Assembly (NCBI GenBank): GCA_040285855.1 | Contig: JAUFOQ010000017.1 | Coordinates: 372,001-436,000, forward strand | Source: Eukaryota sp. GEM-RC1 | Lineage: Eukaryota | Reading direction: 5' to 3' | DNA: 64,000 nucleotides | Shown here: piece after piece, positions 47,515-59,479 of the stretch | Position numbering within the stretch: the first letter of the stretch is position 1 | Layout: every line of letters starts with the position of its first letter | Translations under genes and position numbers: made by a program | Notes under the pieces: generated by a model | What the model was told of the DNA's origin: nothing | Database searches by the model: none | Seen by the model: the letters and a program-made list of their open reading frames with translations, nothing else

Positions 47515-47946
47515 CTAACAGACACCAACTAAAGTATCTATACTATGATCATTCTGTCCACCACCGAACAACTTACCTAAAATTGAATTAAAATATCTGT
47601 GCATTGAACGAAACAGCATAAACGTTAACCTACTCAACCAAAAATTTTCATTGAAAACTTTACCATACTCAGAACACAATTTACCAAAGGAAGTTAAAAA
47701 ACCTTGTGCAGCTGGTCCAATGTTACCGTATATCGACATCGCAAAAGGTTGAAACACAATAGAATTGTACCTGTCAACACTCAATTGGTTAATTAAGTGA
47801 CAGTACTTTGTATTTTTTCCCTTTTCAACAACTTCAAGAGCAGTAAAATCATCATCAAAAATTTTGGAACTTGATCTTGAATTACAAGGATCAACAGTCG
47901 TGAAATCCATGATAATTTCATGACAAGGTAACCAAGGACCAATCAA
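47515..47946 (-). pseudogene. RLE endonuclease end of a 5'-truncated non-LTR retroelement
   Basis: IIMDFTTVDPC...EKGKNTKY...FQPFAMSIYGNIGPAAQGFL. Confidence 0.7.
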
Positions 47947-48423
47947 AAATCATGTTTACTAACAATGTATACTATTTGTATTACAGTAACACCTACTAGT
48001 AGAAGCGGCTTTTATCAAAATACTCACTAATTACCTCAAAGTTTTCAGTTTCCGTATCTTTGTAATGGATTTTAAGAGACAGTATCAATAGTGCATTGGC
48101 AACTGAAATCACCACACCTTTTGAAAAGTGGACAACACAATTCTGTTTGTTTAAACCAAGCTAACATCATAAAACGCTTTCTATTTCATTTGCAATATTT
48201 AAGTTCAAGTAAAGAAGTGACAAAATTGATATTCTTAAAGGACGATTAAAAGTGCATAGCACAAGTACGTGTAGTTTGAGTGTGTAACTGTAATCTAAAT
48301 TTTTGATTTAGAACGATAATTTCATTGCAAATTATCATCTGTTCCAAATGAAGAAATTCACAGTACACGTACAGTATATGAGTGGCAAAGTAATACAAAT
48401 TTATATAAAGGTGAAGTACATCA

Positions 48424-49599
48424 TTACTTGATCAATTTCTTTAATCCTTTGCTGATACCGGGAATGTAACGAACAATGGAATCCGTGAGGAGAACAGCTC
48501 CAATCATATAGAGATAATTCTCCCAGATAGTTTCAGCTTTTCCCATACCTCCAATTACTACCAAAGATATCCAGGTAATAAGTAGCCATGATACAACGAA
48601 AATTGCCATGATATTTCTACTCCAAAACTTGATAAATTTGAAGAATGGCTTCCATACCAATCCCTTTGAGACAACAAACTCAACGGCAACCAGCAATAGA
48701 ACGTTTTGACACAAGAAGAAGATGTTAGTCAATGGAGTTTGCTGTAAATAATTCATGTCAGCATAATTACCATAGTAATCAAGTTCGGGGTAGTATATAA
48801 TCAGAGCAATGAATAGCAGCACCCAACCAGCGAGAGAAACATATAGGATTTTCTTCATGGGAACCTCCTGCTTTTCGAAAGGTCTCCAGTAATGTCCTAA
48901 AACCATTCCAACCATGGGGAAGATCATCCAGTTACGGAACGGAAAATTGGCGTATGCTTCTGTACCAATAATGTAGTATCCAAACCAGCCCGTATGATCA
49001 TTAGGTGGAGTACCTTCGAAGAGAGAGAAGACGAACCACAAAATTGCCGTCACAGTAAGCTGTGCCCATTTGGTCATATCAAGAGATCTTAAAAGAGCGA
49101 CATACAAGATGAAACCACCAACAAAGTGGTAGATGTCAAGCCTTAGAAACATTTCCAGATAGGTACGTTCAACACAGAAGTCTCTCAATTTGCACGAAAC
49201 AAAGAATGGAGCTGAGGCTCTTGTGGCATTTAAACAGGCAGCAAGAACCCAGATTTTCAGTCCTCGGAGAGCTAAAGCTTTGTTGCTAATACTGTTTGGA
49301 TTAGCCATGTTGATTCCGAAGATAAACATGAACATAACAGCCACATCGCCGGGACCTACGAGTACCCAGCGGATGAGCCAAGAAGACTCTACTTCGACGG
49401 TAGCCATGTAGATAACCGTATGTTGAAGCACCATCAACATTACTGCGATTCCACGCAAAATGTCCATCGCATCCTGACGATGTTGAATCTTTGGGTCTTT
49501 TTCCTGTTTTTTGGCGAGCTGGACAGCGGTATCACCATCCACATGCATAGGATTCATTGTCGACATTTCGACAGCGACTTCTCCGTGAGAGGCAGACAT
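48424..49599 (-). CDS. Membrane acyltransferase-like protein (DUF1624/HGSNAT-like)
   Basis: R.DAMDILRGIAVMLMVLQH, FMFIFG, FPFRNW; about 10 TM segments; first ATG at 49599. Confidence 0.72.
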   Translation of the reverse strand: MSASHGEVAVEMSTMNPMHVDGDTAVQLAKKQEKDPKIQHRQDAMDILRGIAVMLMVLQHTVIYMATVEVESSWLIRWVLVGPGDVAVMFMFIFGINMANPNSISNKALALRGLKIWVLAACLNATRASAPFFVSCKLRDFCVERTYLEMFLRLDIYHFVGGFILYVALLRSLDMTKWAQLTVTAILWFVFSLFEGTPPNDHTGWFGYYIIGTEAYANFPFRNWMIFPMVGMVLGHYWRPFEKQEVPMKKILYVSLAGWVLLFIALIIYYPELDYYGNYADMNYLQQTPLTNIFFLCQNVLLLVAVEFVVSKGLVWKPFFKFIKFWSRNIMAIFVVSWLLITWISLVVIGGMGKAETIWENYLYMIGAVLLTDSIVRYIPGISKGLKKLIK

Positions 49600-49725
49600 T
49601 TTGACCAGGTCTTCTTTTCTGATAATATCAAGTCTTTGCCACGTCACACTAGTGATGTTGCCACGTCAGACTTGCAGTGTTTGGGTGTTTGGTTTTAACT
49701 TCATTTAACATTTGTCTACTTTTCG

Positions 49726-50622
49726 ATGTCTGTATCAGTACGGAAAGCAACACACTCTGGAACATGGTATCCATCTGCACCTGGTGATTTAGCCATGCAG
49801 ATCGCCTCTTTCCATAACAATGCTACTGCCCGATATCCAAGCTCAAAAGCAGTAATTGTTCCTCATGCTGGATATTCGTATTCTGGGGCAACAGCTGCCT
49901 ATGCTTACAACTGTATCAACTTTTCTGGATTAGACACTGTTGTTGTTATAGGACCTTCTCATCGCTCTCACATCAACAACGTCGCTGTAAGTCCTGCTTC
50001 TGAAATTGAAACACCACTTGGTAATTTGACGGTTCACACCACACTTGCAGAGAAGCTGATCCAAGACCATCCGTCTTACTTTTCATACATATCTTCCGCT
50101 GCCGATCAAGCTGAACACTCACTGGAAATGCAGTTTCCATTTATCAAGTTCTACACCACACTGGTGGATGAAATGGCTAATGACAACATAAAGGTACTAC
50201 CCTTGATCGTGGGTGATATGAGTTGTTCAGACTGTCTGCAAATAGGTGACATTCTTGCTGATCTTGCTCATGGTCCCAAAACTGCTTTCGTAATCAGTTC
50301 AGATTTCTGTCACTTTGGGTCACGATTTGGCTTCACGTCTGTCCCATCAAAAGGAAAAGCTCTCCATGAACGAATCAAGGATTTAGACATGGAAGCGGTT
50401 AAGGCCATTCAAACTATGGATACCGCGGCATGGCAGGAATACCTTCAGAGAACAGGTAATACTGTTTGTGGTAGGGAACCCATCCGTGTAATGATAGCAG
50501 CACTTTCACAGTTAGGATTGCATTTTGATTTAGTGCATTATGAGCAAAGCAATGCAGCTAGAGATGCTACAGACATGAGTGTTTCCTATGTTGCTGGTAG
50601 TTTTCACTCCTCATTTGATTGA
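49726..50622 (+). CDS. MEMO1: MEMO1 family protein (AmmeMemoRadiSam protein B homologue)
   Basis: RKATHSGTWY, VPHAGYSYSG, GPSH, EHSLEMQ, ISSDFCH, NTVCGR, SVSYVA. Confidence 0.93.
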   Translation: MSVSVRKATHSGTWYPSAPGDLAMQIASFHNNATARYPSSKAVIVPHAGYSYSGATAAYAYNCINFSGLDTVVVIGPSHRSHINNVAVSPASEIETPLGNLTVHTTLAEKLIQDHPSYFSYISSAADQAEHSLEMQFPFIKFYTTLVDEMANDNIKVLPLIVGDMSCSDCLQIGDILADLAHGPKTAFVISSDFCHFGSRFGFTSVPSKGKALHERIKDLDMEAVKAIQTMDTAAWQEYLQRTGNTVCGREPIRVMIAALSQLGLHFDLVHYEQSNAARDATDMSVSYVAGSFHSSFD

Positions 50623-51336
50623 TAAATCATTGTACATTTTAAAACAATGAACAATTTGTAATTGTGATGCTAATTGTACATGTACTCGTACTGTCAATTA
50701 CCGAATAATTAGCAATTGGTTCTAAAACATAGCCTAATAATACATGGCTCTAACTTAGAGCACAGGTTCTATTCAGTTGTTGAAAGTAATAGAAAAGACT
50801 ATGTACAGCAATGAGTCAGGTGGGACTTTGATTTAGCTGAATACAGCTAAAAATCGATAGTTAAATGTGTGTGGCATCGTCAATCAATGAACCGAATAGA
50901 AGTTTCAAGGGATAAACAGTTTAAGAAGAAAGTGTCTACTATAAACAGTTAGATAAGAACAGAATGTTCCTAATTTCTAACATGAAACATGTAGAAGAAG
51001 ATAAACTTCATTTCCACGATGAGGAAAAGATCAAAAACGGCGAAATCACAGCGTAATGTGAAACTTGAAGATTTCTACCGAGATGATCAAAGATTTGTAG
51101 TCTTGCCATACTATTCCAAAAAAGATCAATTCTTAAAAGACAAACCGACAGAAGACTGTACCATGAATTGGGGTTTAAGCTAAATACTTCGGAAAACTTA
51201 ATTCGGTACACAAAAGGGAACCTTCCTACAAAAATGTGAATTTGTAATTTGTAAAAACAAACTAATAATACTAAGATCAAATCCAACACGACTTCATACC
51301 TATCCGGCAAAAGATTACGTTTTTCAACATTAATCT

Positions 51337-51640
51337 TCACACCAAACTTGTACAATTTCTCAACCAGTCGAGAGAAACAGAGAGGCATAATCTGATGTAT
51401 GGAAAACACAATACGGACTTTCCACTCATCCATTCTAAACTTACGCTTCTCTGCTTTACAAAACTCTTCGAAATCCTGGAAAAATTGATCACCAGCAGGA
51501 CTAATCGACCCAAAAAGAGAAACAGCAAAAGGTAGAAACACAAATTTGGAATATGATTTTCGATTGAATTCTTCTAATTTAGAGTCATACTTGGAATGCT
51601 TGAGCTTTTCAGCAGCTGTTAACGGATTACAAGAAGAATT
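51337..51640 (-). pseudogene. RLE endonuclease relic of a non-LTR retroelement
   Basis: PLTAAEKLKHSKY...FLPFAVSLFGSISPAGDQFF. Confidence 0.65.
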
Positions 51641-51852
51641 TAATAAATAAGCTAAAAAAATTAAGTGAAACACATGTAGTATGTTGCGAATATTAATTTA
51701 ATAATACAGATTGTTACAATAATTAATTCAACTGAGTCATAAAAAATTAAGATTTCCAGTTCTATTATTGGATATTGATGAGTAGAAACGATTTTTTGAA
51801 GAATTCATCTCTCTTCTTGTCTTTCTAGGTAATTGCTTATCGTTTCTTTTTG

Positions 51853-52435
51853 ATGTCCAACCCAAACAATGTCACTCTTAAAGTGAGTTTACTTGGAGAT
51901 ACTGAAGTCGGTAAAACTTCTCTAATGGTTCGATATGTGGAACAGCGCTGGGATGAAGCCTATAGTTCAACTCTTGGTATCAACTTTATGGAAAAAACCG
52001 TATCCCTCAAAAACGCCAACTGCACCTTTGTAGTTTTTGATCTCGGTGGCGCAAAAGAGTTCTCATCAATGCTTCCTCTTTGTCTTACAGATGCTGCCGC
52101 CGTCTTCTTTATGTTCGACCTCACGCGAAAAGAAACACTGAAAGGAGTTAAGAGTTGGTTTAGACAAGCCCGAATCTTCAACAAATCTGCTATTCCCTTT
52201 CTTGTTGGCACTAAATTCGATAACTTTGTACAGACATCTCCAGAATACCAACAGGACGTTATGGACTCAGCAAGGAAGTACGCAAAGGCCATGAACGCTC
52301 CACTGGTGTTTTTCTTCCTCTTATGCATCAATCAACATTCAGAAACTGTTTAAGCTGGTACTGGCAAAAGCCTTTAATCTCCCCTGTAATATTCCCCAAA
52401 TGCATGATATGGGGGAACCGCTATTTGAGTATTAG
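51853..52435 (+). CDS. SPG1/TEM1: Spg1/Tem1 family small GTPase (extra T at ~52310)
   Basis: GDTEVGKTSLMVRYVE, TLGINFMEK, DLGG, MLPL, FMFDLTR, VGTKFD; repaired C-terminus VFSSSYASINIQKLFKLVLAKAFNLPCNIPQMHDMGEPLFEY. Confidence 0.9.
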
Positions 52436-52569
52436 ATGTTTGTTAGATGAAGTTGTGATGTTTTCGATCATGATTTTTGGGAGCAATGTAATGAAGTTTG
52501 TATTACAAAATAACGGAATAACTAACTTTCAATATTAAAAATTGAAAATAAATATAAAATCTCAAGTTT

Positions 52570-54838
52570 TTAAATTTTTTCCAGGAGCTTACTGCAAGTG
52601 TCTAATAAATTCAAAACAGACTCTCTACAAGATTTGGAAATGTCCAAAATACAATCAGAATTCTCCTCTGAAAACTGAAAATTTGAAATAATTGGAAGGA
52701 ATTTAATTCTTAAGAGGATAACCAAAGCTTTAGTATCAAGATGAATTCTGTTTCGATAAAGAAGAGGAATCAAAAAGTAAATTAAGAAAAAGAGAGCATT
52801 TGAAATTCTGTCAAGATTTGGTTCACCTATCAAAAGTGATTGGAAGTGATCAATCACATTAAATTCTATAGATTCACCAAACAGATATTTAATCAAATTT
52901 TCATCAATATTTAAAAACTTGGAAAAATTGGGTATCAATTCCGGTGACAAATTCGAGACATCTTCATGAATCAGAAATTTCAAAAAAACATCTAAAAATT
53001 CAACTTCCAACACAGAAGAGTCGATACTCCTTGGACAACAGTGACAACTATTAGGACTTTGACTGGAAGAATTCAAGTGAAGTTCATGGCAAAAGGACAT
53101 GCATTGAGGGGTAGAGAAATCACGGGTTTCAATCAGATTGGAAACGTCAACTTCAGGAAGAGAAGATGATACAGGGAATTCGGCATCATTTTCTAAGGAA
53201 ATTAAAATATTAAGCAAAAACTCCAATATTTTGCACGTGCAAAAGAAACAGATCTGCGAATTTTAGTGACAAACTGGTGGAATTCCATACACTTATGAAA
53301 ACCGCGGGGAGAAGTTACAGTGTTTGCAAGCATTTCACAACCATCGTCTAGAATATACCCATTTGAAAAATTTAGAATATCTTGACAAAAACTCAACATA
53401 ATAGAAAAGTCAGATCTAAATTTAAATGAAGAAAATTGAAGAAATGACATTGAGATTAATTGAACAGATTTAATATTCAATAGTGGATAAGCTTTTTGAA
53501 ATACGGAAAAATTCTTCATTGCAATAGAAAAAAGGTCAAATGAATCAAATCCAGACCAGTAAACTTTTCACAATCACGATTCGCAGTTTTTGACCTTAGA
53601 ATGTGAGTAAAATAATCATTCATGATACATAAACCTTTAAAAGGTTTGACAGCCCAAGCTGCATGAACAATATTAGCAGTAGAATTTAAAATTTGATTTC
53701 CAAAAAGTAATTGAATTGCATTCCAGTTATCAATGGAAACACGTAAGGGCTCAGAGGAATTTTGGATAATTTTGAATTTGTCATCAAATTTCGATTTTAA
53801 ATAATTAAAATCATCTTGAGAGTAATCAGCACCTTTAAGAATCAAAACAACATCTTCAACCATCATTGGCAATTTGTCTGAAAAATATTCAAAGTATTCA
53901 ATAATTCTATTTAAAAAACTGTCATCAACAGACGCTGACTCTTTACTTTTCCACAACAACAGAAACAAATCTAAGGTACGTTCATGATGAATTGAACGCC
54001 TCTTAGTTTGTAATTCGGAAACTAATTCTGAGACAAAATCAGACATTTCTGAGAAATTAAAAGAAAGTATAAACTGAAACCATTTGAAATTTGGAATGAC
54101 ATCATTGAACGATATAATTATTACGCTTTGTAAATTTTGCTTTAAAGTCGACATTACGCTTTCATCAGAATTCTCAAACAATGAATTCATGTGTAACTCA
54201 ACAAAAAGTGACAGAAAATCGACTTCTGGAAGATATGTCTCACACGAAAATACGATCCTCTTTGCTTGGGAAAAGCACTTTCCCTGCATCATCTTACTAA
54301 AGAGAACAGCAAGCTTAGCCACTTGTAAAGCACTATCGTCTGTTGGTGTAACTTTTTGAAGTAAGCCCAAACCCAAAGAAAACAGCTTGGGCTTGGTGAT
54401 CCCTTCGAGTAAGTTACAACAGACAGCAGACAAAAGGTAGTTAGAGGAGTGAGTAGATTTGTAGAGAGTCAGGAAAGACTTTGAAGCGTTGAGAAATTGT
54501 TGATCTCGAAGAAGGATTTTAGCTTTTGTTACGGCAAAGTGTTCATCATCGCTATTGGGAACAAGAACTGAATAGACATCAAGTAGATCAGAGTTGCGTC
54601 CTAGTGATTTCAGTGCTGGCTCGTAAAGGGAAATGAGATTTGGATTAAATGGGAGAGATAAGGCAGTATCGATTGAATTGTGTGCATCGTGATATTGATA
54701 GAGACGAATGTAGCATAATGCTCGGAGAAGGTGATACTCAACATTGTTGGGGGATCTATTAACGAGAAGAGTCAGAGTCTTTAAAGCTTTAGAAGGTCTG
54801 TTTGCATTGAGATCATTGTAAACAGCTGTTCGACGCAT
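52570..54838 (-). CDS. TPR-like protein resembling NatB auxiliary subunit NAA25/MDM20; two homopolymer frameshifts (~53530, ~53230)
   Basis: N-terminus RRTAVYNDLNANRPSKALK...LL....PN....LLRAL..IRL; three overlapping collinear ORFs. Confidence 0.55.
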
Positions 54839-55116
54839 ACAAAAGATACAAAAGGAGAATTAAAAACAAAAAAAGAATGAAATGACAACCACTTGTCTAT
54901 GATGTTTATAAGGAAACTGTTGGAGTAAGGTGTTGATAAGTCAAGCCGTTCGTTCAGATTTCTTGAATGGCTATGTTTTATCACACAGCATCTACTCAAA
55001 CATAATATGTCGCTAATCAGATACAATGAAACACGCAGGAATTGGCTTGAAATTTGAGAATGGAAAGATTGTGAGCTTCCTAAATTTCCAGTTAATAACC
55101 CTCACAGTTTCTAACC

Positions 55117-57207
55117 ATGACACTTCACCGCACATTAGGATTTTATGATGTCTTCGCCATCTGTACGGGCACGATGATCAGTTCCGGTATCTTTGTACTA
55201 CCTGCTGTAGCGTTCAGAATGACCGGACCATCAATGATTGCTGCCTATTTAGTTGCGGCATTGTTTATGATTCCCTCAGCACTTGTGAAAGCAGAGCTGG
55301 CCACTAGCATGCCTATCTCCGGACTGACCTTCTACTCCGTGTTTCGTTCTCTCGGACCCTATTTTGGATGTGTTTGTGGTTTTGCCTCTTGGCTTTCCAT
55401 CACCTTTAAGGTTTGTTTACGTCCTCCTTCGTTAACTCTAGACTGCTTTTGCTGCTATGGGATTGGGTGGTATTTATACCGCTTTTAATCCCAATGCCAG
55501 TGACCAGGCGATTTCGGCTGTTGCTATAGGCTTCATGACGATTTTAGTTCTGATCAACGTGTTCACAGTGAAAGGAACCAAGGCCTTACAGAAGCTCTTT
55601 GTTACAGGCCTGTTAATCGTATTGTCCATCTTTGGTGTAGTTGGCCTAAAAGAACTTCCTGATAATGGAGCCAATTTCACTCCCTTTTTGGCTAAAGGAT
55701 GGCCTGCTTTCTTTACTACGGTTGGTACGGTGTCTGTGACATTTGGTGGGTTAACAAAGGTAGTTGCAGTGTCGTATGTTCTGAAACACGACTTATTTTA
55801 GTGAAGAAATTAAAAATCCTCGAAAAAATATACCCAAGCCACTCTTTCTTAGCTTTTTCTCCATGTTACTGCTGTATGTGCTGCTCTTGGTCGTGGTCAT
55901 CACTTCTCTCTCTGCTGAAGAACTTACTTCCTCCTATACTCCGATTGCTGACGCGGCAAAGAATGCGTTTGGTAAATCGGTTTCTATCTTCATCAATTTC
56001 TCGTCTATTATTGCTTACTTTTGTGCTTGTAACTCTGGCCTTCTTTCTGCTGCTCGCAGTCCGGTTGCAATGTCCAGAGACAACATCTTACCAAAATTCT
56101 TTGGATACACATCTGCCAAGTTCAAAACACCAATAACAGGATTGTTGGCTACGTATTTGATTATTGTTGCCACTCTTTGGGGACTTAATGTCGAAACTGT
56201 AGCGAAAATCGCAAGTTCACAATTTTTTATTAAGCAATGTCCTTGTCTTGATCGCCGGAATTATTTTCAGATACTCTGGATTTGCCGTTTATCAGCCCAG
56301 TATTAAAACGTTTGCTTTTCCTTACTTAAACGTGGCTGGAATCGTTGTTAGCCTGTTTCTTTTAATTGATATGGGTTCTGTGAGTTACTTATCAATTTCT
56401 GGTATGCTTGCAATCCTAGTAGTGTGGCACTTTGCATACGTTAGAAGAAGAACTGGCGATGCTGAATCTATCCTGGCCTTTCTCAATTCTCATCCATCGT
56501 CCACTTCTCGTTCTGTTGTAGAGGACGAACTTCTTGCCATCAAGACATCAGATCTAGAGCCTGATCATTTCGATGAAATAGCTGAAAGATCACTGGTCAT
56601 TGATTCCACTGCAACAAGTTCACGAGAGGCTTTCAACGAATGTGCGAATGCTATTGAGGAACGATTTAATCTGGATTCAGTCAAAATTTGCAATATTCTT
56701 GTGGAATCTGAGTTTAAGGGAGGCTTTGACATTGCTCCAAACGTTGCAATATTCAATGTTGCAATCAGTAACAAAGATGATGCTCTTGAGTTGCTCATCT
56801 TTAGATCAAAGGCAGGTGTTGAATTCTATGATGGTTCAGTTTGCAAATTGATTTACGTCTTCATTAGTTCAAGAGAGTTTTCAAATAACTTTCTTCAGTG
56901 CTTAAACAGCTTGTGCAAATCTGTTGCCAGGAAGGACTTTCTTCAACAAGCTTTGGTAGTACGAAGTAAACGAAATCTACAAGAGTTATTCTTCGTATGC
57001 GCTAGAAAAAGACATTATTACGCTGGTACAAATGATGTCATTTTAGAAGCATCTCCAGTTAGACGTAACTCCATTATAGAGACTTATTCGAGAAGCAATT
57101 CTGTTTCATCCTTCAAGCAGATGAATTCAGGAGGTGATCGCAAACTTGGTGACCGTGAACTCCCATCGCTGGTTGAGGATGCTGATGAATTTGGAAATCA
57201 TGTGTAA
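55117..57207 (+). CDS. APC amino acid permease fused to a PTS EIIA-like domain, copy 1 (introns 55411-55441, 55774-55801; extra T at ~56226)
   Basis: LHRTLG...GTMISSGIFVLP, AELATSMP, SEEIKNPRKNIP after splicing, AMSRDNILP; splicing restores the frame. Confidence 0.88.
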
Positions 57208-57395
57208 GAGCAGGGACGTTGAATAGAAACAATGATGTTGTGGAGCAAATCGTCTTGTAACACACTGAGAAAGTATTAGACAGGCACAGACTTCCTAAAA
57301 TAATATTGTTTTAAAGAGAGAACCATGGCGTGTTGCTTACTGAATAAATCCCCAATCTTTCCCATTAATTTCAGAGGTTAAAAACCGCTTTCCAA

Positions 57396-59479
57396 ATGAC
57401 TCTAACACGATCTCTCGGTCTATTTGATGTGTTTTCGATATGCTCAGGAGCTATGATAAGTTCAGGTATCTTTCTGTTGCCCTCTGTGGCATTCAGGATG
57501 ACCGGTCCATCAATGATAGCCGCGTACCTAGTTGCTGCTTTTTTGATGATTCCTACAGCTCTCGTTAAAGCGGAATTGGCCACTGCTATGCCTATCTCTG
57601 GTCTTACGTTCTATAGCGTCTTTCGTTCTCTGGGACCGTATTTTGGCTGTGTCTGTGGCTTTGCCTCCTGGCTTTCGATTACGTTTAAGGTATGAATATA
57701 TCACTGACTATTCACTATAGACTGCTTTTGCTGCAATGGGATTGGGGGGACTATATACTGTATTTTACCCGAATGCTTCTCAGACAACAATCTCCATGGT
57801 TGCTATCATATGTACAACACTATTTGTAGTTTTGAACATGTTCACCGTTAATGGCACAAAGTCTGTTCAGAAATTCCTCGTTGCCGCACTTCTCATCATA
57901 TTATCTGTTTTTAGTATAGCTGGATTGAAAGAACTTCCTGATAATGCTGATAACTTCACTCCTTTCCTTGCTGAAGGATGGACAGTTTTCTTCGCTACTG
58001 TAGGGACAGTGTCTGTGGCCTATGGTGGTTTAACAAAGATTGTTGCAGTCTCGTATGTCTTGTATCATTCCATCTCACATTAGCGAAGAAATCAAACGGC
58101 CACAAAAGAATATTCCAAAAGGAATCTTTTTAAGTTTCTTCTCCATCCTCTTTCTTTATGTGCTAATTCTTATTGTTGTTATCACTTCCTTGACACCAGA
58201 GGAGTTAGCTTCTTCTTTCACACCAGTTGCTGATGCTGCTGATCGAGCTTTTGGCAAATGGGCATCAATTGCCATCAACATCGCCTCATTCACAGCATAT
58301 GCCACCACATTAAACTCTGGCGTTCTTTCATCCGCCCGCTCCCCTGTAGCAATGTCCAGAGACAACATCTTACCAAAGTTCTTAGGATATACTTCTGCCA
58401 AATTCAAAACACCAATCGCTGGTCTTGTTGCCACTTGGTTCATCATTGTCGCCACTCTTTCAGGACTCGACGTAGAGGGCCTGGCTAAAGTAGCTAGCGC
58501 TCAATTCCTTCTCAGTAACCTCCTTGTGCTAGCTGCTGGAATTATTTTTAGATACTCTCGATTCGCCGTCTATCAACCCAGTATCAAAATGTTTGCTTTT
58601 CCCTTTTTAAACATCACTGGTATTCTTGTTAATATTTTCCTTTTAATTGACATGGGTTCTGTGAGCTATCTATCAATCTCTGTAATGCTGGCGATATTGG
58701 TTTTGTGGCACTTCGCTTATGTCAGAACAAGAACAGGTGACTCTCAATCAATCATCACTTTCCTTAAATCTCATCCGTCTGCTACTTCTCGATCTATAGT
58801 TGAAGATGAACTTCTTGCCATCAAGACAACTGACCTCAAACCTGATCATTTCGATGAAATAGCTGAACGATCACTGGTCATTGATTCCACTGCTACAAGT
58901 TCACGACAGGCTTTCAACGAATGTGCAGATGCTATTGAAGAACGGTGGAATCTCGACGCTCTTGAAACCTGCAATAAGCTCGTTGAATCAGAATTCAAGG
59001 GGGGCTTTGATATTGCCGCAAAGATTGCAGTGTTTAACGTAGCAGTCTGTGAGAAACCAGATTTCCTGGAGTTGGTCATTTTAAGATCAAAGGCTGGTGT
59101 GAAGTTTTACGATGGAAGTGTCTGTAAGATGGTTTATGTGTTCATTAGTGCAAGAGAGTTTTCAAGTAACTTTCTACAGTGTTTCAACAGTTTATCAAAG
59201 TCCATCGCTAGAAAAGATTTTCTGAAACATGCGTTAACAGTAAGAACTCCTCGCAATCTACAGGAGCTCTTCTTTGTTTGTGCCAGAAAGAGGTACTACT
59301 ACTCTGGTACTAATGACGTTGTACTAGAAACTGGTAAGCAGAATCCCGTAATTGATGCCTACTCTAGAAGAAGTTCTGTGTGTTCATCAGATTCAGCACT
59401 TGAACGGATTACTAGTAAGAATGATCTTCCTGCATTGGTGGAAAGTGACGCTGAAGAAGATTCACCTGAAGATCATTAG
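57396..59479 (+). CDS. APC amino acid permease fused to a PTS EIIA-like domain, copy 2 (introns 57690-57720, 58053-58083)
   Basis: Tandem paralogue of copy 1 with the same intron positions; continuous frame after splicing. Confidence 0.9.
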
